64,000 nucleotides of DNA from a virus. A model generated the notes under the pieces. That model searched no databases, had not been told where the DNA came from, and saw only the letters and a list, made by a program, of their open reading frames with translations. The translations under genes and the position numbers were made by a program. Numbering within the stretch: the first letter of the stretch is position 1; every line of letters starts with the position of its first letter. This document shows positions 9,669 through 17,793 of this stretch, piece after piece. Where the stretch lies: positions 1 through 64,000 of the IMG/VR virus record IMGVR_UViG_3300022213_000237. One strand, given 5' to 3'.

Positions 9669-11432
9669 ATGTCTGATATCAAGACCCCAGCCGATGTAGC
9701 CGCCGAGTTAACAAAAGCACTTGGCGAGAAGATCGACACCTTGAAGAAAATGGAACTTCCCCAGTCGCCCGAAAAGGCTGATGGCGGTCAAGAATCATCG
9801 GGTTCAATCCCCGCCATGCCTAAACAAGCAGGCGGAACCACTGATGCCGAAATGGCGAAAGATGAAGTCGTTTCTGTGAAAAGGGCAGAATGCCCTGGTT
9901 GTGGCAAGAAATCTGCCCAAGAGCATGAAGGTGTCTCTGGACGCAAGATGGTAGCCATTTGCGGTAATTGCAAGAAGCGAAACGTCGGCAACGTAAAAAA
10001 GATGGACCTTCCTGCGTCGCCAGAAGCGGCTACCGGCGGCGAGATCGCAAAGAAATCAGAACTCGACGCTCTAGATTTTGCCCAGGCGCTCAGCAAAGCC
10101 GTGGTGGAAAAAATCGCGGGCGTGCGCGAACAACTTGAGAAAATGGAGCGACTCGAAGCCGCAGGTAACGAGGATTTAGCTAAAGGTCTTAAGTCCAAGG
10201 GCGTCAAAAAGAATATTGGGTCACTGCCCAGCAATACGCCATCGAATAAGCAAATTGCGGATGGCGATCCTAACAAATCGCATCCAATGCCTAAGTCGGT
10301 ATTCGATATCATGAATAAGGGCGAAGGTAAATTCCTGCCCTGGGCTAAAGGCACTAAGAAGCCAAAAGTAGGAAAAGAAGTAGAAGCTGAAGGCAGTGGC
10401 GGAAGTGATACCACTAAGCCCGGACCTTCACTTCAAAAGGACGCCCTTCCTGTAGCCAAGCCACCGAAGATGCCAGCTCTTAAGCCCGCAGGTGTGCCTG
10501 GCGCCAAAGCTGGTGACGCACCCAAGGCTCCTAAGGCGCCAGGTGCCCCCGGACAGACTGGTAGTACGATGAAAATGGAACTTCCTCAGTCCCCTGAAAA
10601 GGCGGGTGGTGGTGACATGGCAAGTGGCTCTGTGCCCGCTATGCCCAAACAGGCCGGTGGAACCACCGACGCAGAGATGGAAAAAGAGGAGATGTCTCCG
10701 GAAGAAACCAACATCGCCGAAGAATCGTCTGCAGAAGAAACACATATGGGTAAGGATGAATTGCCCCAAACTCCTGAAAAAGCGATTGGCGGTCAAGAGT
10801 CTTCTGGATCTATTCCCGCTATGCCTAAACAAGCAGGAGGAGCTACTGACGCGGAGATGAAGAAGAACGCTTTGCCTCCCAATCACGCAAGTCCCGTATT
10901 TGCGGTCCATGCTTCTGTTTTCGGTAATAAAGCCGCACCTGGAGACCCTCACGGCGGCAAATCAGGATACTTAATCACCCAGGCTCTACCTAAACTTAAA
11001 CCTGCGGCTGCGGGTATGCATACCGTGGGTCAAGATGGACCTCCTACGCCGGCACCTGGCGATATGGGTGCTGGTAACAAGACAGTTAACCTTCGTTCGC
11101 CGGTCGGAAAATCCGAAGACATGGCTAAGGGCGTGTTTTCTCAGGCGGCACAACATTCAGACCCTTCTTTTGCGTCGCATGCGGCCAGCAAAGCTGCGGC
11201 AGCGCCAGCAGCAAAACCTGCACCCATGGGTGGGCCGAACGATGCCCGCGCAGCAGCGTTTTCAGCGGCATTAGCGGGAGAATTTCAACCCAAAGCTCCT
11301 ATTAAGACCGGACTCGAGCTGGCACATCCTAAAGCCGCCAACTTGCCGAAATTCGGCAAAGCTGAACTGGATAGCGTCAAGTGTCCAGGATGTAAGCAAG
11401 GCATGACCCTTTGTAAGTGTGGATCCAAGTAA
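9669..11432 (+). CDS. Low-complexity, repeat-containing protein (internal head/scaffold-like)
   Basis: K/A/P/G/E-rich; three 37-aa repeats; CxxC pairs; AGGAG RBS; late motif at 9637. Confidence 0.6.
   Translation: MSDIKTPADVAAELTKALGEKIDTLKKMELPQSPEKADGGQESSGSIPAMPKQAGGTTDAEMAKDEVVSVKRAECPGCGKKSAQEHEGVSGRKMVAICGNCKKRNVGNVKKMDLPASPEAATGGEIAKKSELDALDFAQALSKAVVEKIAGVREQLEKMERLEAAGNEDLAKGLKSKGVKKNIGSLPSNTPSNKQIADGDPNKSHPMPKSVFDIMNKGEGKFLPWAKGTKKPKVGKEVEAEGSGGSDTTKPGPSLQKDALPVAKPPKMPALKPAGVPGAKAGDAPKAPKAPGAPGQTGSTMKMELPQSPEKAGGGDMASGSVPAMPKQAGGTTDAEMEKEEMSPEETNIAEESSAEETHMGKDELPQTPEKAIGGQESSGSIPAMPKQAGGATDAEMKKNALPPNHASPVFAVHASVFGNKAAPGDPHGGKSGYLITQALPKLKPAAAGMHTVGQDGPPTPAPGDMGAGNKTVNLRSPVGKSEDMAKGVFSQAAQHSDPSFASHAASKAAAAPAAKPAPMGGPNDARAAAFSAALAGEFQPKAPIKTGLELAHPKAANLPKFGKAELDSVKCPGCKQGMTLCKCGSK
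9750..10865 (+). repeat. Three dispersed 111-nt coding repeats (9750-9860, 10575-10685, 10755-10865)
   Basis: (M/D)ELPQ(S/T)PEKAxGG..SGS(I/V)PAMPKQAGGxTDAEMxK. Confidence 0.9.
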
Positions 11433-11480
11433 ACACTTTTAAAACCTAATCTACCGCACAGGTAACAGGAGAATTTCCAA

Positions 11481-14366
11481 ATGGCACAGAGCTACCAAAC
11501 TGATTCCGCAACACTGTATCTTCCGGGAGCATACCCAGAAATTAAGGTGCAGCAGCAACAGAGCGGACTCCCTACGACAGGAATTATTTTCCTGGTAGGT
11601 GAAGCCGAAGCCGGCCCGTCATTCGACGAAGAGTCGGATCTCTCGTTGAATTTCTTCGCACCCACGGAAATGAGCGAAGTTATTGCCAAATACAAATCTG
11701 GTCGATTGGTTGATGCCTTCCGTGCCGCCGCTAATCCAGCCAAAGACGTCAACATCACTGGATCTCCTTCTTTTATCTACTGCATCAAAACCAATCAAGG
11801 GGCCAAAGCTTCTTTGGCCTTGTCTCGTTCTGGGTTAACCGATTACGGTACTCTGTACGATAAATCGTACGGCGCACTAGGTAACCTGCTTTATTCTCAG
11901 GTCTCTGCCTCACAAGCAGAAGTAGCTCCAGAGACGGGGTTGCTGACCTACATCCCCCTACCAAGCTTAGGTGGCAGCGATTCCGCAAACGTTGGCGTAC
12001 GTGTGAATGGTGGAGCAAAAAGCGCTATCACCGTTTCTGCACGCACCTCTCCAGCCAGCCTTGCGGCTCAATTCAATGCCGTTGACGGTCTTGAGTTAGT
12101 CGGTGGTGTAGATCGAGATATTTTAGACGGTGTAAGCGCGCCCGACACCCTCGGCCTCGTGGCTTCAGGTAATGCCGTCACTATTACCGTTAGCTCTGCT
12201 TGGGGTAATGCCCCGACCGTTGGCGATACGATGATTATCGCTCGTGACACCACGTATGGTAACACCGCAGATTCAGTTATCGACGGTGCCGGCGGTGAAA
12301 ACTTCGGAGCCTACATAGTAACTGCTGTTACCACAAATACTATTCAGGCAACCAAACTCCGAGACGACGATGCCTCGGGAGCGCCTACTGCGCCTGCAAC
12401 CGTTGCACCGGTTTCGCTCAGCGGCACCCCGGCCAACGACCTGAAGTGCTTTAGCCCGATTAACTTCAAAGTTATGACCGGCGTGGATCGAGGAATGTTG
12501 GATGTGAATACGGTCGGCAACGATGTCACCGGCACCGCTTCTGGATCATCCTTGACTGTGGTCCTCGAAACTGGTTTTGCTTGGGCAGCTCTTCCTCAGG
12601 TTGGCGACATTGTCAAAATTCCTTCTTCGGCTCCTGCCGGAATTAAAGGCGGCGGCTCGGAAAACGTAGGCAAATACGTTGTCACTGCCGCAACTACTGG
12701 GACTGGTGCCGGTGAGTCTAGCGTGACCATGACTCGCATCAGCAACGGCGACCCCGTTAGCTTCGGAGCCACGGCACTCGCTGCGGCCACGGATATCGTT
12801 TGTCTACGACCTGTAATGGATGGCGTTGGAAAGGTGTTGGAATTGACCGATAACGCCGGTTCTGTTGCAGCCGCTCAGCAATTCTTTGAAACCGATGGCA
12901 CCGCCGCCGATATTCTTTCTGCTTCTGGAGACGTGCTTCTCTGGACTTCAGCATCGGAACAAATCGTGCGCCTGAATGTCACGCGCCAATCTGACGGTAC
13001 GGCAGAAGCAATCACCGCTGGTGGCGATATCGTGCTGAAAATAGGGTACAAGGGAACCACGGCCACAATGACTTTTGATGGCACGGACCTCACCACCACT
13101 GTTGTGGGCGGGACCGGAGCTTCGTTGACCGGCGCGAGCGCGCTGAAGATTAGTCAATTCAAGACGCTGTCTGATTTGGCACAATTCATTAACTCCAAGA
13201 CCGGATATTCCTGTTCCGTGGGCAGCGCCCTGTATGGCCAACTGTCTCCCACGATTCTGGACTACGGCACTTTCTCGATTTGTTCTGACATTGCTGGTAG
13301 TCAGCCTGGAAGAATTAAGCGCGATGCTCAACGCTTCTTCGATCAAGTGTCGACCAATAGCGGAACCGTGCAGCTTGGCGATCCGGCAGAACGTGCGGAT
13401 GCAGGTCTTCCGGAAGCTCAGGCCATTTCTTATCTGGCCGGTGGAACCCTTGGAGCCACCACCGCGACTCAAGCGGCGGCGGCCATCGACGCCCTCAGCA
13501 AGTTGCGCGGCAACTTCGTAGTCACTCTCTTCTCGCGAGATGCGACAGACGATATTGCAGACGGTCTAACCGATTCTGCTTCTTCATACGAAATCGATGC
13601 CATCAACGCTGCGGTTTCGAGTCACGTTTTGGCCATGAGCAAGCTGAAAACTCGTCGTCATCGTCAAGGCTTCGTTTCCTTCCGTGGAAGCTTTGCTGAC
13701 GCCAAACTTGCGGCCCAGAATATCGCCAACTACCGCGTGTCGATGCAATTCCAAGATGTCAAAGCTTTGTCGTCTGACGGATCTATTGTTCAGTTCCAAC
13801 CTTGGATGGCTTCCGTATACGCGGCAGGCATGCAAGCGGCTGGATTCTACCGTTCACTTGTTTTCAAAGGTCTTGACGCTTCAGGCGCTCTGATGGCAGA
13901 TGGTTCGTTTACGGACCAAGACGATGCAGACTTAGAAGCTGCGGTCACCAACGGTCTCATGGCCATTGAGCGTCCAGTTACGGGCGGTATTCGCTGGAAC
14001 ACTGACCAGACCACTTACGCTGTTGACGGTAGCTTCGTCTTCAACTCGGTGCAGGCTATCTACGCTTCCGACACTATCGCGCTCACCGTTGCTCAACGAA
14101 TGGAAAATGCATTCGTAGGTCAGTCCGTGGCCGACGTTTCCGCCTCCGTGGCTCTTGCGTATCTGCAAGGAATCATGGCCGACATGAAACGACTCAAGTT
14201 GATCGCCGGCTCAGACGATGCCCCACTTGGATACCGAAATGCGCAGATTGTCATCTCCGGTAACGCCATGAAGGTACAGCTAGAAATCAAACTCGCGGGC
14301 GCAATCCTCTTTATCCCGATCACGTTCCTGGTAACCCAGGTTCAGCAGTCGGCTTCACAGCAATAA
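11481..14366 (+). CDS. Contractile tail sheath protein with inserted beta domains
   Basis: N-terminal YLPGAY...LVGEAEAGP; sheath-type C-terminal domain ending I.FIPITF; upstream of tube gene. Confidence 0.9.
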   Translation: MAQSYQTDSATLYLPGAYPEIKVQQQQSGLPTTGIIFLVGEAEAGPSFDEESDLSLNFFAPTEMSEVIAKYKSGRLVDAFRAAANPAKDVNITGSPSFIYCIKTNQGAKASLALSRSGLTDYGTLYDKSYGALGNLLYSQVSASQAEVAPETGLLTYIPLPSLGGSDSANVGVRVNGGAKSAITVSARTSPASLAAQFNAVDGLELVGGVDRDILDGVSAPDTLGLVASGNAVTITVSSAWGNAPTVGDTMIIARDTTYGNTADSVIDGAGGENFGAYIVTAVTTNTIQATKLRDDDASGAPTAPATVAPVSLSGTPANDLKCFSPINFKVMTGVDRGMLDVNTVGNDVTGTASGSSLTVVLETGFAWAALPQVGDIVKIPSSAPAGIKGGGSENVGKYVVTAATTGTGAGESSVTMTRISNGDPVSFGATALAAATDIVCLRPVMDGVGKVLELTDNAGSVAAAQQFFETDGTAADILSASGDVLLWTSASEQIVRLNVTRQSDGTAEAITAGGDIVLKIGYKGTTATMTFDGTDLTTTVVGGTGASLTGASALKISQFKTLSDLAQFINSKTGYSCSVGSALYGQLSPTILDYGTFSICSDIAGSQPGRIKRDAQRFFDQVSTNSGTVQLGDPAERADAGLPEAQAISYLAGGTLGATTATQAAAAIDALSKLRGNFVVTLFSRDATDDIADGLTDSASSYEIDAINAAVSSHVLAMSKLKTRRHRQGFVSFRGSFADAKLAAQNIANYRVSMQFQDVKALSSDGSIVQFQPWMASVYAAGMQAAGFYRSLVFKGLDASGALMADGSFTDQDDADLEAAVTNGLMAIERPVTGGIRWNTDQTTYAVDGSFVFNSVQAIYASDTIALTVAQRMENAFVGQSVADVSASVALAYLQGIMADMKRLKLIAGSDDAPLGYRNAQIVISGNAMKVQLEIKLAGAILFIPITFLVTQVQQSASQQ

Positions 14367-14379
14367 TCTCTAGGGTATA

Positions 14380-15012
14380 ATGATAGTGTATGGATTAACA
14401 GATCCACGTACGAATGAACTTCGATACGTGGGAAAGACGGATAAGGGGCTGGAGGTAAGGCTTCAGCAGCACTTACAGCCGGCATATCTGCGTCCAAATA
14501 CACACAAAAACGCTTGGATAAAATTACTTAAGCGGGAAGCCCTGAGACCAGATATTTTTGTAATTGAAGAAACGCAAGACCCAGAAGCTGAACAATTTTG
14601 GATCTCGTATTACAAATCTATTGGTTGTGATTTAACGAACGGTACAGTTGGTGGCGAAGGATGGAAGGTTGGCACCAAGCATTCGGAAGCCGCTAAGAAA
14701 AAGATTTCTGAGGCTCATATGGGTCGCAAGAAAGAATATGAGACTTGGAATAAGGGTAAGACTGGGATCTATTCTGAAGAAACATTGAAGAAAATGTCTG
14801 AATCTAAACTTCATCGAAGTTTTAGCGCAGAAACTAGAGAAAAGATCTCAAAAGCACATGGCGGTAAGTCAATCATCGATAGTAACGGTGTAGTTTATCC
14901 CACCATAGCCGAAGCTGCACGGCGCCTTAAGTTGCAGGAATCAAACATTAATGCAGTAATAAAGGGCCGCGCCCGCCAAACTGGCGGATATACGTTTAAG
15001 TACGCGGAATAA
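14380..15012 (+). mobile_element. Free-standing GIY-YIG homing endonuclease (NUMOD3 + NUMOD1/HTH)
   Basis: VYGL.DP...RYVGKT...RL.QH; HSEAAKKKISEAH repeats; YPTIAEAARRL...GGYTFKY. Confidence 0.85.
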
Positions 15013-15021
15013 GGTGACATT

Positions 15022-15483
15022 TTGGGGACCACGGCGAAAACAATGCACGGATCGCGTGCGCAGGTAATGATAGACGGTAAAATCATTGGTATTTTTACTA
15101 ACGTAAGCTACGGCGTACGTTACGATGCCAATCCCGTCCACATTCTCGGTCGCTTTTCGGCTGCAGAAATCGTGCTCTCGGGTATGGAGCCCGTCTCAGT
15201 TGATTGCACGGGCTTCCGTGTTGTCGACAATGGCCCTTATAAGGTGGCTTCGGTTCCGCGACTTCAGGACCTACTGAATCACGAGGACATCACCCTCGCT
15301 ATCTTCGATCGTCAATCGGGGGAGCAAATCATGACCGTAGTAGGTGTACGCCCCACCGGGTATAGCACCTCAGTCGCGTCTCGCGGTATACAGGACCTGA
15401 CTGTCAATTTCATGGGCTTGCGTCTCTCTGACGAGAATGACCCGAACGGTCAGGACGAAACTCCAGGGGCGACGGAATTCTAA
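15022..15483 (+). CDS. Tail tube protein
   Basis: 153 aa after the sheath; G.RAQV.IDG.IIG pattern typical of myophage tubes; TTG start uncertain. Confidence 0.8.
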   Translation: MGTTAKTMHGSRAQVMIDGKIIGIFTNVSYGVRYDANPVHILGRFSAAEIVLSGMEPVSVDCTGFRVVDNGPYKVASVPRLQDLLNHEDITLAIFDRQSGEQIMTVVGVRPTGYSTSVASRGIQDLTVNFMGLRLSDENDPNGQDETPGATEF

Positions 15484-15505
15484 GTTACTGAAATTCCTAC
15501 TCACA

Positions 15506-15545
15506 AACCCTGGTGACCTCAAAAGGTTCCCAGGGTTTTTTATTT
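15506..15545 (+). terminator. Intrinsic terminator
   Basis: AACCCTGG...CCAGGGTT hairpin followed by a T run. Confidence 0.75.
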
Positions 15546-15548
15546 CAA

Positions 15549-15565
15549 GATCTTACGGATACAAG
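15549..15565 (+). promoter_or_regulatory. GATC-N5-G-N-TA promoter-like motif (example of about 17 copies)
   Basis: GATC ttacgGa TACAAG, then 7 nt to ATG 15573. Confidence 0.6.
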
Positions 15566-15572
15566 GAACACC

Positions 15573-15806
15573 ATGGATATTAAATTCAATGCCGTCGAAG
15601 GACTGGAGACAATGGGAGTTCACGACATTTTAGTCGATGGGAACCATGCCGGACGTATGGTCATGTGGCGCAAAATGAATAAAGGTGTAGTCGAGATGGA
15701 AGGTTGGGCCGTTACGGTAGGAGTCGTGGGCAAAACCTTTACCAAAAACGATTGCGCCACCAAAGAAGAAGCAATGTCGTTTGTAAGGAAGATGCTCCAG
15801 CCTTAA
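15573..15806 (+). CDS. Hypothetical protein
   Basis: ATG after GATC-class motif, downstream of terminator. Confidence 0.55.
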   Translation: MDIKFNAVEGLETMGVHDILVDGNHAGRMVMWRKMNKGVVEMEGWAVTVGVVGKTFTKNDCATKEEAMSFVRKMLQP

Positions 15807-15821
15807 TCTTGCAGCAAATAC

Positions 15822-15906
15822 GGGTGAAACGTGGCCAATGGTGGCCCAGCGCGCTGTAAACGCGCCGCTCTTCGGGGCACGGTAGGTTCGATTCCTACTT
15901 CACCCA
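15822..15906 (+). tRNA. trnY: tRNA-Tyr(GTA)
   Basis: GGGTGAA/TTCACCC acceptor; GCGCG-CTGTAAA-CGCGC; long variable arm; TTCGATT. Confidence 0.85.
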
Positions 15907-15974
15907 ATTGTTCTCTGACATAGTCATGTAAATGACGTAGAATACTATGACCCCACGTTCCAACGTGGGTATTT

Positions 15975-16048
15975 TGGCGACTGGCGCAATGGTAGCGCAG
16001 CCGGTTCTGACCCGGAAGGTTTTCTAGGTTCGAGTCCTAGGTCGCCAG
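15975..16048 (+). tRNA. trnQ: tRNA-Gln(CTG)
   Basis: TGGCGAC/GTCGCCA; loop TTCTGAC; TTCGAGT. Confidence 0.85.
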
Positions 16049-16052
16049 CTAT

Positions 16053-16123
16053 TCCGAGATCGTTCAACGGTAGGACGGGCAGCTGTTTACCGCTTCATCT
16101 GGGTTCAAATCCTAGTCTCGGAG
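16053..16123 (+). tRNA. trnN: tRNA-Asn(GTT), atypical anticodon arm
   Basis: TCCGAGA/TCTCGGA; loop CTGTTTA. Confidence 0.75.
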
Positions 16124-16136
16124 CACAAATGTAATC

Positions 16137-16209
16137 GGGGCTGTAGCTCAATTGGGAGAGCAAGACCTTTGCAAGGTCGAGGTTGAGAGTTCGAGTCTCT
16201 CCAGCTCCA
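16137..16209 (+). tRNA. trnA: tRNA-Ala(TGC)
   Basis: GGGGCTG/CAGCTCC with G3.U70; loop TTTGCAA. Confidence 0.9.
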
Positions 16210-16213
16210 TCTC

Positions 16214-16285
16214 GCCGTCATAGCACAATTGGTAGTGCAAACGCCTGTAAGCGTGAGGTTGAGGGTTCGACTCCTTCTGACGGCA
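16214..16285 (+). tRNA. tRNA-Thr(TGT)-like with 6-nt anticodon loop
   Basis: GCCGTCA/TGACGGC; ACGC-CTGTAA-GCGT; normal D and T arms. Confidence 0.65.
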
Positions 16286-16554
16286 AACGATCAACACGTT
16301 ATAATTTGTACATATAAAGGACGTCTCATCAGCCTTTGTCTAGACAGCTTTCTTCGGTCTGTATACGGGCCGACGCGGGTCCGGCCCTCGATAATGAACC
16401 GGTGGAAGCGTAATTCGACTATTACGACACGTAAGCACTTCGTGAAAATATTGTGCATCCCTGGTATGTGAGGGGTAATCAGTCTACTACGAGCTTGGCC
16501 ATCGGGCCGGGAAACGGGTAGAACACATACAGCTCCGTAGACGTACGGAGTCTT

Positions 16555-16627
16555 GCGACTGTAACCATGATGGTTCAGGTGACGCTTTGAAACAGCGTAA
16601 ATCTTGGTTCGATTCCAAGCGGTCGCA
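16555..16627 (+). tRNA. trnF: tRNA-Phe(GAA)
   Basis: GCGACTG/CGGTCGC; ACGCT-TTGAAAC-AGCGT. Confidence 0.8.
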
Positions 16628-16631
16628 CTTT

Positions 16632-16706
16632 GGTCTCTTAGTGAAATTGGATTTATCACGTAAGTCTACGAAACTTAAATTCTGGGTTCAAGTCCCAGAG
16701 AGATCG
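16632..16706 (+). tRNA. trnR: tRNA-Arg(ACG)
   Basis: GGTCTCT/AGAGATC; TAAGT-CTACGAA-ACTTA. Confidence 0.85.
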
Positions 16707-16724
16707 TGTTGTAAGAAGGAATCC

Positions 16725-17089
16725 GGGGCTGAATTGGATTCGACGGAGGAGAGTGAAGAGTAGATGCGAGTCGTGGTTGGTCATCGGCCACGTAAAAAGA
16801 AGACCAAAAATAAACGCCAAGTCTAACGACGTGGTTCCTGCGTGGATGATTGCAGCTTCGGCTGCCGGCATCCAAGCCTTCGCCTAATAAGCGAAACAGG
16901 ATGTGGATGGAAGAGGATTCCGAGTATTCCATCTGCATAAACCACACGGAATGTAGTGGAGAATGACTGCCTGTCGACTCTCCACCAAATTTAGGCAGGC
17001 AAACGTCGTACCAGCCTCGGGTAGAGGAAACACTCGTAGTATCTATTTGTAGCATCTTGCGGACCCCGGTTCGATACCGGGCAGCTCCA
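16725..17089 (+). ncRNA. ssrA: tmRNA
   Basis: 5' GGGGCTGAATTGGATTCGAC; 3' GACCCCGGTTCGATACCGGGCAGCTCCA; ATAAAC-GCC resume at 16816; tag ends TAATAA. Confidence 0.92.
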
Positions 17090-17413
17090 CTTTTAGGTTC
17101 GCTCAGGGCTTGTCGAAGGGGCGATTAAATCGGACGATAACTCCCTTCCGAGCCATTTGTTTTTGCTGGCTTTGAAAACCAGCTGGTGGAGGCACCTTGA
17201 GTGCCCTTCGTCCCGGCGAAGTAAAATAGTCCTTTAGCCGGGAGCGTTCAGAGCCGGGTGTTCTCACCGGCCTGATGTGGAGATAGTCGGGCATCATGTT
17301 AAATCCATGGTGTGTCTGAATTATCCGCGCACGGTATAATACGGGCCGTGGGCGAACGCCTGATAAGCCACTACGGACGGCTGTGCACAGCTACTGTTCC
17401 TACCGCATTATTT

Positions 17414-17487
17414 GCCGGATTAGCATAATGGTAATGCAACCGCCTTTGAAGCGGTCTTTCATCTGGGTTCGACTCCTAGATCCGGTG
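17414..17487 (+). tRNA. trnQ: tRNA-Gln(TTG)
   Basis: ACCGC-CTTTGAA-GCGGT; TTCGACT. Confidence 0.85.
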
Positions 17488-17506
17488 CTATAGAGTAATG
17501 AAGTCA

Positions 17507-17577
17507 CGAGGAGTGAGGTAATGGTAGCCGCCCTGTTTTGGATACAGGTTGTTTGGGTTCGAGTCCCAACTCTTCGA
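17507..17577 (+). tRNA. trnP: tRNA-Pro(TGG)
   Basis: CGAGGAG/CTCTTCG; CCTGT-TTTGGAT-ACAGG. Confidence 0.85.
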
Positions 17578-17793
17578 CTTGCTATGGGCCCTTCGTAACC
17601 GGGTCGGCTGAGAGCTGCAAACTCTCAGCGTGTTTTTTGGTTGGTGCTGCCTCATTGAACTGGGTCGGTCCATTGACGGCGCCAAGGAGCTAGTACTCTT
17701 TGGCACCGTTTGTTTTTATAATTGTGCGAGGATCCGAGGCTAAATACTCGGGGCGTGGCGCGGGTTGATAGGTCCCGTAATCCTCAATTTTCT

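Noticed and set aside
14367-15021. Group I intron around the GIY-YIG gene
   Set aside because: Flanks are only 13 and 9 nt, with no room for a ribozyme core; sheath and tube look complete
16326-16332. Hammerhead core CTGATGA on the minus strand
   Set aside because: Could not place GAAA, stem II/III and a cleavage triplet in a valid topology
17220-17292. ATAGTC motifs resembling the group I intron P7 strand
   Set aside because: No matching GACTA partner nearby and no interrupted exon identified
16229-17706. ORFs overlapping the tRNA/tmRNA array
   Set aside because: The sequence is explained by RNA genes on the plus strand
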